Below are positions 12,989 through 24,100 of a stretch of DNA of 64,000 bases, one piece after another; the first letter of the stretch is position 1, and each line of letters starts with the position of its first letter. The DNA is taken from contig JBNRSN020000006.1 of the NCBI GenBank assembly GCA_051313645.2, positions 59,458,001-59,522,000 on the forward strand. The letters are read 5' to 3'. The notes beneath the pieces were generated by a model that saw only the letters and a program-made list of their open reading frames with translations, made no database searches and was not told where the DNA came from. A program made the translations under genes and the position numbers. The DNA is from Centroscyllium fabricii. Taxonomy: Eukaryota.

Positions 12989-13442
12989 AAAATAGTTAAT
13001 AAAATTGACGTATCTTCAATCAAGACACAAAGACGAATAGTTACCTCAACTAAAGGCTTTTATTAACTATAAATGAAGCTAGTCTCCGGATGAGGTTAAG
13101 ACGGTGAATGAACGGGGGATGGTCCACAACCACCTATGTACTCCGACCTGAGGGGAGGAGTTAGAGATGGGGCAGTTCGCACGCGGCTGACCGCTGTGGG
13201 TAAGATGGCGGCGTCCGTGGTTCGCATGCGGCTTACCGCTGAGGGTAAGATGGCGGCTGCGGCAAAGATGGTGGCGCCCGTGGTTCGCACGCGGCTGACC
13301 GCTGTGGGCAAGATGGCGGCGCCCGTGGTTTGCACGTGGCTGATTGCTGTGGGCAATATGGCGGCGCTGGTGGGTCGCACATGGCCGGCTGTGGCCGTGC
13401 TGAAGATGACGGCGCTGGCGGGTCGCACATGGCCGGCCGCAG

Positions 13443-14243
13443 TCACGCTGAAGATGGCGGCTCCTGTGACGCGCACGTGGCCGGCCGCAGCCGTGACTTT
13501 AAAGGGGATGGCGGCGCCCGCGATTTGCACCCGGCTGACCGCTGCTGGGTCGCGCTGCAGCACCGTACCTGTGGCCACAGAGTGGCATCGTTGGCTCCGC
13601 AGGCTGCGCTGTTGGGTCTTGAGGTCGGGCTGGATCTGCAGGCTTTCGCAAAATGTCCCTTCTTCCCACACCTCGCGCAGGTCGCGTTCCTCGCGGGGCA
13701 CAGCGCTCGCGGGTGTTTCGCCTGGCCGCAGAAGTAGCACTTGGGACCCGCCGGCGTCTTCGCAGCTGCCGCTGCTGTCTCTTGTTCCAGCAGCCGTTGT
13801 CGGGCCTGGCTGGACCTGAGTCCTGCTACGTATGCATCGTCAACCAGGAGATTGGCCCCTTCCTCTGCCGTCTTTGCCTGGCAGTCGCAGGCCCGAACGA
13901 GGGCTTGGAGCGCTAACAAAAGTTCTTTGTTTGACTCACCCAGCCATTGCTTTCTGGTCGCCAATATGTGTCTGGCGTAAACTGAGTGGACTGGGCGCAT
14001 ATAGCTGTCCTTCAGCTTCTTGGCATCTTCTTTATACGTCTTGATACCTCTGATGAAGGAATAGACCCGGCCGCTGATCCTGGATGCCAGTTCTTGGAGT
14101 TTGTCCTCATCGCTGGTCGCTTTCACGGCCTTCATGTAGGCCTCGACACAGCTAAACCAATGTTCGACATTGTTCGCAGCATCGGGCGCCTGAGCGTTGA
14201 TATCAAGGCGGTCCGGTTTGACTGCGTTGCTCTCCATGTTCAA
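13443..14243 (-). pseudogene. G2 gag (duplicate copy, 47-aa in-frame deletion)
   Basis: Near-identical to 12047-12988 but LLEQET joins directly to AAAAAK (266 vs 313 aa). Confidence 0.9.
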
Positions 14244-15214
14244 AAAATAGTTAATAAAATTGACGTATCTTCAATCAAGACACAAAGACGAATAGTTACC
14301 TCAACTAAAGGCTTTTATTAACTATAAATGGAGCTGGTCTCCGGAGGTTAAGACAGTGAATGAACAGGGGATGGTCCACAACCACCTATGTACTCTGACC
14401 TGAGGGGAGGAGTTAGAGGTGGGGCAGTTCCTGCCGTCAGGTATTTACAGATATACAGGTATGTGACCAGTAATGCCATCAGGTCATTACTGGTGATGAC
14501 ATTATATACAGATGGTAAATACATGTTTACCACAACAATACAATGAATGGAGAAATATACATTAAATGGCGAATAGAATATGCGTGGGAGAATGTGTGAC
14601 AAAATTAGGATACCTCTGAGACATTCTAATATTACAAATCACAAGATCACTGCTCTATTGGCTTATAAGGTCACCAGAGCCCCAGGGTTAGCCCAGTCCT
14701 ACAGATCTCCCACTTCACACAATGTATGTCTGAAGTTTGGATAGCACCAGCAGGCATGGTTTGCTGTGAGTTTTTTTTATCTGCTAATGCCATTTATTGA
14801 GATGTTAGTGGACATGGTTTACTTTAGCAACCAGTGCACAAACTTTGTCAAAATCCACAGGAATGAAAATGAGATTATGACAGGGGCTCTGATGAAAGTT
14901 CTGAGAAGATCAATGTTACGTGAAATGAACAGAGGGTTTTCAGAGATGTCATATGCTGTATTTTACTAGTAATTCCCACATTAGAAGTACAATAATATGA
15001 CAGATATGAGACATTGGAAAACTGTCAGTTACTGGCGGTCGGCAACAGATGGGAGTGTTTGTATGTGGAAATCAAATAATGAATGTGTCTAGCTCGGTTG
15101 TGATAAGGTCCAAAACTGGATACTCACTACAAGAGTTACCCACGAATAGTAGCCCTTGGGCTATGGACTGGAGATTTGTTATTGGTCATGTAACTGTCGC
15201 CAGTTACATTTATT

Positions 15215-16037
15215 GGGCCAGAAATTCGGGTGCCTGGGAGTAGCTGCACCCGCACGGAGGGGGGCCAATATGCCCCGTGCGATGCTGAGGCAGAAGAGGC
15301 CCCAGCATGGAACACACAAAAGAATTGCACCCAAAAATCCCGATGTTTTTGGGTGTGATTCTGTGCGTGAATCTGTGGGCAACTGGGCCTGAGGCTGCAC
15401 GAGAAAATAGGAGTCGTTACCTGTGCATTGGTGAGAGCAGTGCGTTCCTAAACACAGGTAATTGACTTTTTTACCTTTAATTTAAAGTTTTTTAAGTTTT
15501 ATGGAGTAATGTGGCCAGATCGCTATCATAAAATTTTGCTGTTAAAGTTTTGTTTTTTTAATTAAAAATCGAAATTTCGATTGCTATACCTATTCCAAAT
15601 CGCTTATTTTTAAATTTAAAGTTCAGAAATGTTTAACTCTTTCCTTAATTTAAAAAACAAAGAGAAAAAATCGCTAAGACTTACCGACATTGAAAAGCTG
15701 CTCAGACCGTGGTGCTCACTGCCGAGTCTGTGGGTGCAGCAGTGGGCGTGGTCCTAATAACGGCCTCACGTCCCTGCTCTCTCAGAAGTCCGACTGTGAA
15801 GCAGGGGGTGTTTTTTATTAAAATTAGGGATCTGTGGGCGGGGCATCACTGCTACGCACGCACGATGGCAGCGCATATACTGCGCTCCTAGCGTGGCTGG
15901 ACTGCCACGCAGCGCAGGAACGGGGCGGAGCCAAGAGGAAGGTCTGGACGTAAAAAAAGTGAGATGATGGTACGGTGCTATAGGTGTCCGCAGTGTCCTT
16001 GCACCCGCGCAAACCGGCACACTGGAATTTCTGGCCC
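15215..16037. mobile_element. PIF/Harbinger-type MITE
   Basis: Perfect 13-bp TIR GGGCCAGAAATTC / GAATTTCTGGCCC; 3-bp TSD ATT; non-coding. Confidence 0.88.
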
Positions 16038-16089
16038 ATTGGGTTTGGGAGAGGTGAAAATAACATTTTAAAAATTGGAGGAGAATAAA

Positions 16090-16485
16090 GGGAACTTTAC
16101 TGTACATCTAGCTCGTGCTTGATGTTGACACTGGATGCTGAAAGTGGTAAAAATGCGATATTCTACTCCAGTGCAGAACTGACTGAATACCGCATTGTCA
16201 AAAGTGTTGTCTAACCTGGTGGTTCAGGTGGACATTAAAATTCCCATAGCAGTATTTGAAGAAGAACACGGCGTTCCCCTAGTGTCCCAGCAAACATTCC
16301 TCCTTCAACTGAAGCAGATGAATATTTTGTGGTTGTTTGTGGGATTTTGATGTGTATATAATGGCCACTGTGTTTGCCTAGATAACAACAAATGCTCCAC
16401 TTCAAAGTAATTCATTGTATGTTTTGGAATATTTCAGAGATATATGATAAGGTGCTGTATAAATGCCACCCTTTCTTCTTTCTTT
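16090..16485 (+). mobile_element. Degraded DeuSINE-type SINE (SacSINE1/AmnSINE-like) with L2 tail
   Basis: caggtggacattaaaattcccatagcagtatttgaagaagaaca...gctgtataaatgc..ctttcttcttt, similar to 27745-28155. Confidence 0.7.
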
Positions 16486-16999
16486 ATTCCCTAGCAGTGG
16501 CCCTAGCATTGACATCAGCTTCTTTGATGGGACCAGAACATGTCAGCAAAAATATGAACTTAGAAATAATGCTAATTATGTATTTATGGTATGAAAGTCA
16601 CAAGAGGACAGTCTTCACATCTCTGCCAGTGTCTGTCAGTCATTGAGCCAGTAAGTTATGAAAATCCAATCGCAGGCACTTCTCAGTGAGCAGGCAATTG
16701 CAGGTTGCTGCTGTCATCGAAGATTTGTTGCAATTCTGCAGTTCTTCCAGCTTTAATGCTGCAGGGTTTTTCAAAATTGGTCAATTTAGCACCTCTCTCG
16801 ACCAGACTACAAGGTGCCACAGGTCTTTTTAAACTCCGACATGTATGCCGACTAGGTTAGCTTTAGCAATTGTGTCAGCACAATGCGAGTCGCAACTGTT
16901 GCAGCAGTCGTGAATCTACATGTCACCACTGGCACAGTCTGCCCTGTTCCATAGAAACCTCCTTGTAAGCTGCTTTTTTTCTCTGCCTTGTTGAATATG

Positions 17000-17192
17000 T
17001 TAATACGCCTTTGTGTGCTCTGTCTATCTCTGCTAAGGTGAGATGTGGGAGAGATCGGATTTCTCCCTTCCTCCCATATGTGCGTTCTTTAAGTTAGTCT
17101 CTCTTTCACCTGACGAAGGGGCAGAAGCTCCGAAAGCTTGTGATTTAAAATAAAACTGTTGGACTATAATCTGGTGTTGTGTGACTTCTTGC
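17000..17192 (+). mobile_element. Penelope-like pseudo-LTR fragment
   Basis: Contains a hammerhead motif and AATAAA tail (aataaaactgttggactataatctggtgttgtg); identical tail at 57888-57968. Confidence 0.75.
17106..17143 (+). ncRNA. Minimal type I hammerhead ribozyme (Penelope-type)
   Basis: Stem I TCAC/GTGA, core CTGACGA, stem II GGGGC-AGAA-GCTCC, GAAA, palindromic stem III AGCT, predicted cleavage after CUU. Confidence 0.75.
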
Positions 17193-17732
17193 AATTGTTG
17201 AACCAGGACATCTAATAAGATTACACTGTATGACAATGGCCCTGAATTTGCCGTCGGTATGACGGCGTACTCTCAGACAGTCTGTCAATGACGGCTCCAA
17301 AACTAGCTGCATTGAGCCCCCGCACCGCTACTGTTACGTATAGACTTACGCACGGACCCGGACACAGGGTAACAATAAGAAGGGTGTTTATTCATGGGAG
17401 ACCAGGAGGAAACTGAATACAGTGTGTAGAGCGGCACTATTTATACCGGGTGGCCTGAGGAGGTATTACCGTGTTCCTCCGCCATACAGCAAATAGTGCA
17501 GCTCCATCAATATAGCAAATAGAGCAGCTCCATCACATACACTACATTCCTCCCCTTTTAGATAATTCGTCACCCATTTTGACAGAGGAAGTAACATAAT
17601 TAAAACAGTTAACAATAATAACAATTAACGTAACAACAGGTCAGTCTCTATCAACCTTGTAAACTTAACATTTATACAGCAGTGTTCTTAACATTTTAAC
17701 CTTTAACGTTAACATAATCGTTTGCAACATTT

Positions 17733-19499
17733 TTAACGGCGTCTTCTAGCTTTAGTTTTTCTTTTCCGGTGGTGTTGTTTCTGCCCATCCACAGCCAGTT
17801 CCTCGACCGAGTGGCTTCCATCTTCCTGCTGGTCAACGCACATTCCCCGCCACTCGGCGGCCGTCCATTCAATTATATCTATATCTCTGTCCTCAACTCC
17901 TGCCAAGATCTCTAAGGTGTTTTTGAGTTCAGTCCGGGGTTTATTAGACCCCTCTCTGCAGGATGCCAGCTCCTTCTCCTCCTCGTGAGCTGGTGATGAT
18001 GATGGCAAATCTGCCAAGGCTTGTGGATTTTGCTCCAGCTGCACCATAGTGTTAAGCTGGATCTGCCGTCTGTCAATTTGTTGTGTGAGCTCACCGCCAT
18101 CATTCTGTGCGTTGTCTATCAGTAGCTCTTGTTGTTTTCCAAAATTAACTTTTAGCAAATCGGCTTTCACAGTTGTAATTTCGGCCTGCAACCCTTCAAC
18201 TAGACCCTGCATGTCGGAGCGCAACCCATCAATTTGACCTTGCAGGGCATCTCTTTGTTTGCGAGCTTCCAGCAGTTCATGCTTCAGCCTGTTTAACGTG
18301 GTGGCGCCATCTCTTTCAGCTTCGATGTTTATGTTCTGAATCAGGTTCCAATTGGGATTAATTTTCTCGATCCATTCTCCGCCCAACAGTGGTGCTCCAC
18401 CAGTCGGTAAAACGTAGAGATGTAGTCTTGATATAGTCTTGCCATTACAGTTGATGGTAACTGTGATATATCCCTTTGGACATATCTGTTCTCCCACATA
18501 CGTTTTCAACGTCATTGTCGTGTCCTGCAGCGGTATGTGGTTGAAATACCTTTTGTAATCGGTAACATTGATTACGGATAAGGCTGAGCCTGTATCCACG
18601 TCCATATTTAGCGTCGTACCTGCTATGCTGACCTTGAGCCATTGTATGTGGTGGTCCATTTGCTTCCCACCATTGTAGATTTCTAGGCATCCCAGGCCCA
18701 TATAGTCCATTTGGGTGTGTTCTGATGCCTCGTCAGAACTACTGTCCTCCAGACTATTAATCTTTTTGGAAATCTTTGGGCTCATCTTCGGGCTACCCCT
18801 TCTGTTAGTTTTGAGTGAGCGACAAACCTTTGCGATTTGTCCTATCTTGCCACATTGCCAGCATGTCTTCTCCCGGAACCAACAGTCACTTTGGGCGTGA
18901 GTTGTGGCACCGCAACGGTAGCATCTATTAACTCTTTGAGACATCCTATTTGCCTCATACTCCCGCTCCCGTGGTCGGTGGTGAATTTCCGCGGCACTCT
19001 TATCTGCCGCTTCGTGGGACAAGGCTATGTTAAAAGCCGTTTCCAAAGTCAAGTCTTCCTTTGTTAAAAGCAGCTTTTGCGTGCTCTCACTGACTAATCC
19101 ACAAACAAATCTGTCTCTTAGCAGTTCAGTACGCATGTCTCCATATGGACAATGGTCTGCTAGTTTCCTTAACTCAGAGAGGTATTCCGCATTTGACTCC
19201 CCTCGATGTTGATCTCTTCAGTGGAATTTAAACCGTTCAGCGATGATCAATGGTGCCGGGCTTAAATGCTCCTTCAGCAGTGTGACTATTTGCGTGTACG
19301 TCTTGTCAAGCGGTTTCACCGGCGTCGCTAAGCTTTTTAAAAGCCCGAAAGTCTTCGCGCCCATCACATTTAAAAGGGTTATAGCCTTTTTATCATCAGC
19401 AATTTCATTAGCTTGACAATATATTTTGACTCTATCGATATATGTGTCTCAATTTTCAATCTCGCTATCAAAAGCTGCCAAGCTATTATTTTTGGCCAT
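17733..19499 (-). pseudogene. G3 Gag-protease-coiled-coil ORF (two in-frame TGA in the N-terminal part)
   Basis: ATG at 19499 in frame with ORF 17733-19136; Mag Gag motifs (IAERFKFH.R.Q..GES, LRDRFVCGL), zinc knuckles CYRCGATTHAQSDC and CWQCGKIG, protease MDVDTGSALS...LLG, then a heptad-rich segment and HHRKRKTKARRRR. Confidence 0.88.
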
Positions 19500-19888
19500 T
19501 TTCCCGCCTAAACTGGCATTTCTCTCTTCCAAAATGGTGTTTCCCTGTTCCTTTCCGTTCTCTGCCGGCGCTTTTCCCGCCTTTCTTCCCCGCTATGCTG
19601 CGCGGTGTGCATGGTGGCGGTGGCACCCTTTTTTTTCTCTTGGCCGCGCTCCCCGCTAACCGGTTGTGGGTTGCCACGCTGTTTGCCCCCGCAGAGTTTC
19701 TGCTCACCTGGTCCCTTCCCCCTCCCGTCGGTTTTGGCCCTGCCCAACGCTGTCTGGCCAATTACCGCGATCTTGCAGCTATTAGCGGTACCTGAGCCTG
19801 TGGCTGGAGAATCAATCGTGATCCTCAACAGCCTCCTTATTGCCGTGTCTGTCTGCTGCTCTGGGCTGCCGCGCTGCTTCTGGGTGTT

Positions 19889-20110
19889 GTAGTTTTTTTT
19901 TTCTCTGAGGCTGCCGTTGCTCTCAGCCGCGCGGTATTTCTGGCTTTTGTAGGTTTTTTTTTCTCTGAGGCTGCCGTTGCTCTCAGCCCCGCGGTACTTC
20001 TGGCTTTTGTAGGTTTTTTTTCTCTGAGGCTGCCGTTGCTCTCAGCCCCGCGGTACTTCTGGCTTTTGTAGTTTTTTTTTCTGAGGCACGCCGCTGCTCT
20101 CAGCCCTGCG
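19889..20110. repeat. About 61-bp tandem repeat (about 3.5 copies) in the G3 5' leader
   Basis: gtag(t)nctctgaggctgccgttgctctcagccccgcggtacttctggctttt repeated. Confidence 0.9.
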
Positions 20111-21114
20111 CTGCAGGAAGTTTTCTGCTGCTCCGTTAACGGCCGATTCTCCAGGCAGTGTGCTGGAGGAGTTTTCCTTGTTGCAGCTAGTGAGTCCTGC
20201 CACTATCTCGTCGCCAGTGTTACGTATAGACTTACTCACGGACCCGGACACAGGGTAACAATAAGAAGGGTGTTTATTCATGGGAGACCAGGAGGAAACT
20301 GAATACAGTGTGTAGAGCGGCACTATTTATACTGGGTGGCCTGAGGAGGTATTACCGTGTTCCTCCGCCATACAGCAAATAGTGCAGCTCCATCAATACA
20401 GCAAATAGTGCAGCTCCATCACATACACTACAGCTACCACCCCCCCTCCCACCCCGCCCCCCCCCCCCAGCCAGCGAGACTCATAAATCATTGAAGCTGC
20501 TGAAAACTTTGGCTCTTCCCCAGTAATTCGCTGTTAAATTCCCCACTAAAGGTTAGACCCAAAGGGATTAGGTGTAACTAGGGTTTCAACAAAGTATTGA
20601 CTGCTAAACAGATGTTAAGGGCCTGGAATACTAATTTAAATTTTGTGCTTTGTGAAATTTGTCCATTTTAATAAAAAATAAAACATTTTAAGAAACTTTT
20701 CAAAAACATTTTTTTAAAGTCTGTGCATCTTTATTTCAGATTTGCCTTTTCCCCGTGTGAGAACTCCAATCTTTCTTTTGTTCTGTCGAACTATTTTAAA
20801 AAGTTAGAATTTTAAGAGCCTACTCACTTCCTTTATCGCTGTCTGTGAGAATGCTGCCTTTTGATTTGCTGCTTAGACAACCTGTTGACGTCACAGCAGC
20901 TCACAGAAGGGGATCCCCATTAAGTTCCATTGAATTGAATTGAAGGTCGGCAACCCCGAAGCTCTCTACACAGGGATTGCGAGATCCTTGTGAGGAGCGT
21001 GCTTCAGGGCCAGTGGCAAGTATCTTCGCTTCGCCGCTGACCGCAAATTCTGGGCCAGTATTATTTTATTAATTACCTGATCTACTTCTCCAACTAAGTT
21101 TCCTGCTTTGGTAC

Positions 21115-24100
21115 TGACGTATCGTCAATAGTCTTAATAAAACTAAAGACGCGTAGTTACCTTAACTATAGGCTTTTATTAGCTTACAAAGGAGCTACGC
21201 TCCGATCGAACATCAGGTATGGGGGCAGGTCAGGCCCCACCTATTAAGCACTCACCTGAGGGGAGGAGTTAGAGGTGTGGCTGACCTGATCCCGCGACAG
21301 TGTCGCAATACAGAACAGTTGTATCATGCACCCGGCCGCTATACATACACTGTAATATTGGTAACAATATTAAGGTGGTAATAAGAGTACATATAACGGT
21401 TACCACATTCACCCCTTCTTTGAAAATTAAGTCCGGCGGGGTGAATGGACCGAGCAGTTCAGGATGAGTTTATCCAGCAGTCGCGTCTGTCTGGAGGACT
21501 GCCGGGTCTCTGTTAGCGGTTCTGGTGCCTGCAGTGTCGGCACTGGAGTCGGTGGTGGCGGCGGCGCTGGTGCCGGTACTGTAGGTGCTGGTGGTGGCGG
21601 TGGGGCCGAGCCCTGCGGTTGCTGCTGTGCCTGTGGCTGGCCGTCTGCTTCCTGGTCCTCAGCTGGCAATGGCGGGGGCTGTGATGCGTATGGTAGTAGC
21701 GGCCAGCCTCCGGTGGGTTGAGGGTGATGTATCGGCCAGTGGTCGAGATGTAGTTGCTGGACATGCTGGGGCCCGACCAAGGGTTCTGCTGTGGTGCTCC
21801 CGGCGGGCGCTAGGTCCCTGATGGAGATGGTGTCCTGGCGCCCATCCGGGAACTGCACGTACGCGTACTGCGGGATGGCGTGCAGCAGCTGCACCTTGTC
21901 TACCAGGGGGTCGGTCTTATGGCCGCGGACGTGCTTTCTAAGCAAGACAGGCAGCGGCATCGTGAGCCATGGTGGGAGGGCTGTCCCCGAAGTCGACTTC
22001 CTGGGGAAGGAAAAAAGTAAATCGTGAGGTGTGGCGTTGGTGGCCGTACACAACAGAGAGCGGATCGAGTGCAGCGCGTCTGGGAGGACTGCCTGCCAAC
22101 GGGACACTGGAAGGCCTCTGGACTTCAAAGCCAGGCTGACCGCCTTCCAGATGATCCCATTCTCCCTTTCTACCTGGCCGTTCCCCCGGGGGTTGTAACT
22201 GGTCGTTCTGCTCGAGGCAACCCCTTTCTGGAGCAGAAACTGACGCAGTTCGTCGCTCATGAACGACGACCCCCGGTCGCTATGGATGTAGCTGGGGAGA
22301 CCGAAAATGGCGAACAGCGTGGTGAAGTGTTTGATCACCATTGCGCTCGTCATATCTGGGCAGGGGAAGGCGAAGGGGAAGCGGGAGAACTCGTCTACTA
22401 CCATGAGGAAGTACGAGTTGCGGTCAGTGGAGGGGAGGGGGCCTTTGAAGTCCACGCTCAGACGTTCAAAGGGGCGGGTGGCCTTAATGAGGTGCGCCGT
22501 GTCTGGCCTGAAAAATTGGGGTTTGCACTCGGCGCAAACAGGGCACTCTCGGGTCATAGCCTTGATCTCCATGATGGAGTAGGGGAGGCTACGGGATTTA
22601 ACGAAGTGGGCAAGTCTGGTGACACCCGGGTGGCAGAGGCGATCGTGGACTTCCTTCAGCTGGTCTAGCTGGGCACTGGCGCACGTTCCCCTGGACAGCG
22701 CGTCCGGGGGTTCATTGAGTTTGCCTGGTCGGTAAAGAATGTCGTACTCGTAAGTCGAGAGCTCGATCCGCCACCGCAGGATCTTATCATTCTTGATTTT
22801 ACCCTTTTTTTTATTATTAAACATAAACGCGACCGACCGTTGGTCGGTGAGTAGGGTAAAACGCTTACCGGCCAGGTAATGACGCCAGTAGCGCACGGCC
22901 TTCACGATGGCCTGGGGCTCCTTTTCCACTGCAGAGTGGCGAATTTCGGGTCCCTGTAGGGTGCGGGAGAAAAACGCTACGGGCGTGCCTGCCTGATTCA
23001 GGGTGGCGGCAAGGGCAAAGTCCGAAGCGTCACTCTCCACCTGGAAAGGGATGGACTCATCAACGGCGTGCATGGTCGCCTTGATAATATCTTCCTTGAT
23101 CCGGGCGAATGCCGTTTGGGCGAATGCCGAGGGGGAAGACGGCAGCCTTAAGGAGCGGTCTGGCCTTATTCGCGAACTGGGGAACCCATTGCGCGTAATA
23201 GGAGAAAAATCCCAGACATCACTTCAGGGCTTTGGGGTTTTGAGGAAGGGGCAGTTCCTGCAAGGGGCGCATACGCTGTGGGTCAGGGCCGAGGACCCCG
23301 TTTTCCACCATGTATCCGAGGTTGGCGAGCCGATCTGTACTAAAGACGCACTTATCTTTATTGTATGTGAGAGCAAGCCGTTTCACCGTGTGTAGAAATT
23401 TGGCCAGGTTGGCATCGTGGTCCTGCTGGTCATGGCCGCAGATGGTCACGTTGTCCAGGTAGGGGAAGGTGGCCTGCAACCCGTTCTGGTCAACCATGCG
23501 GTCCATCTCCCTCTGGAATACCGACACTCCATTGGTCACGCCGAAGGGGACCCGGAGGAAGTGGTAGAGCCGACCGTTTGCCTCGAAGGCGGTGTATGGG
23601 CGGTCGGCTTTCCGGATCGGGAGTTGGTGATACGCCGACTTAAGGTCGATTGTGGAGAACGCCTTGTACTGGGCGATCTGGTTAACCATTTCCGAGATGC
23701 GGGGGAGGGGGTAGGCGTCGAGCCCGGTGTCGCGGTTAATGGTCTGGCTGTAATCGATCACCATCCGCTGTTTTTTGCCAGTTTTAACCACTACGACCTG
23801 GGCCCGCCAGGGGCTGGTGCTGGCTTCAATTAACCCCTCCTTCAGCATACGCCCGACCTCCGACCTGATAAATGTCCGGTCCCCTGCACTGTAACGCCGA
23901 CTCTTGGTAGCAATGGGCTTGCATTTGGGGTCGAGGTTGGCGAACAGTGAGGGGGGGTCGACTTTCAGGGTTGAGAGGCCGCATGTCGGGCTCCGCTTTA
24001 AGAAGGGATTATCCCGGCTACTGACGGTGAGGGGGGGCAGGGTCCCGCCGAACTCCATTGTCACGCTCTTAAGGTGGCACTGGAAATCCAGTCCCAGTAA

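Larger units (their letters stand above)
8402..14534 (-). mobile_element. G2: Gypsy LTR retrotransposon (PBS-less lineage) with an internal tandem duplication of LTR-gag
   Basis: LTRs at 8402-8678 and 14261-14534, partial third LTR at 13006-13178; TSD ACAAT at 8397-8401 and 14535-14539; PPT at 8679-8692; gag/pol ORFs. Confidence 0.96.
17332..20432 (-). mobile_element. G3: non-autonomous Gypsy/Mag LTR retrotransposon (gag-protease-coiled coil; no RT/RH/IN)
   Basis: 215-bp LTRs at 17332-17546 and 20218-20432 (4 mismatches); TSD GCTAC; PBS TGGCGACGAG (tRNA-Ser(GCT)-like) at 20207-20216; PPT AAAAGGGGAGGAA at 17547-17559. Confidence 0.95.
17238..21056. mobile_element. Harbinger-type MITE interrupted by G3
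   Basis: TIRs GGCCCTGAATTTGC / GCAAATTCTGGGCC; imperfect 3-bp TSD AAT/AGT. Confidence 0.75.

Noticed and set aside
11578-13819. Long antisense and alternative-frame ORFs (281, 227, 214, 208 aa)
   Set aside because: Explained by the stop-poor GC-rich 45-bp VNTR; not called as genes.
15015-15075. WD40-like LLAVG / ATDGSVCMW peptide
   Set aside because: Needs a frameshift, is flanked by stops and has no good splice sites.
16494-16588. Exon candidate SGPSIDISFFDGTRTCQQKYELRNNANYVFM with ATG/gtatga donor
   Set aside because: The acceptor pyrimidine tract is supplied by a SINE tail and the phase does not match the next candidate; unsupported.
19889-20110. CRISPR-like repeat array
   Set aside because: Head-to-tail tandem repeats without unique spacers, inside a retrotransposon leader in eukaryotic DNA; no cas genes.
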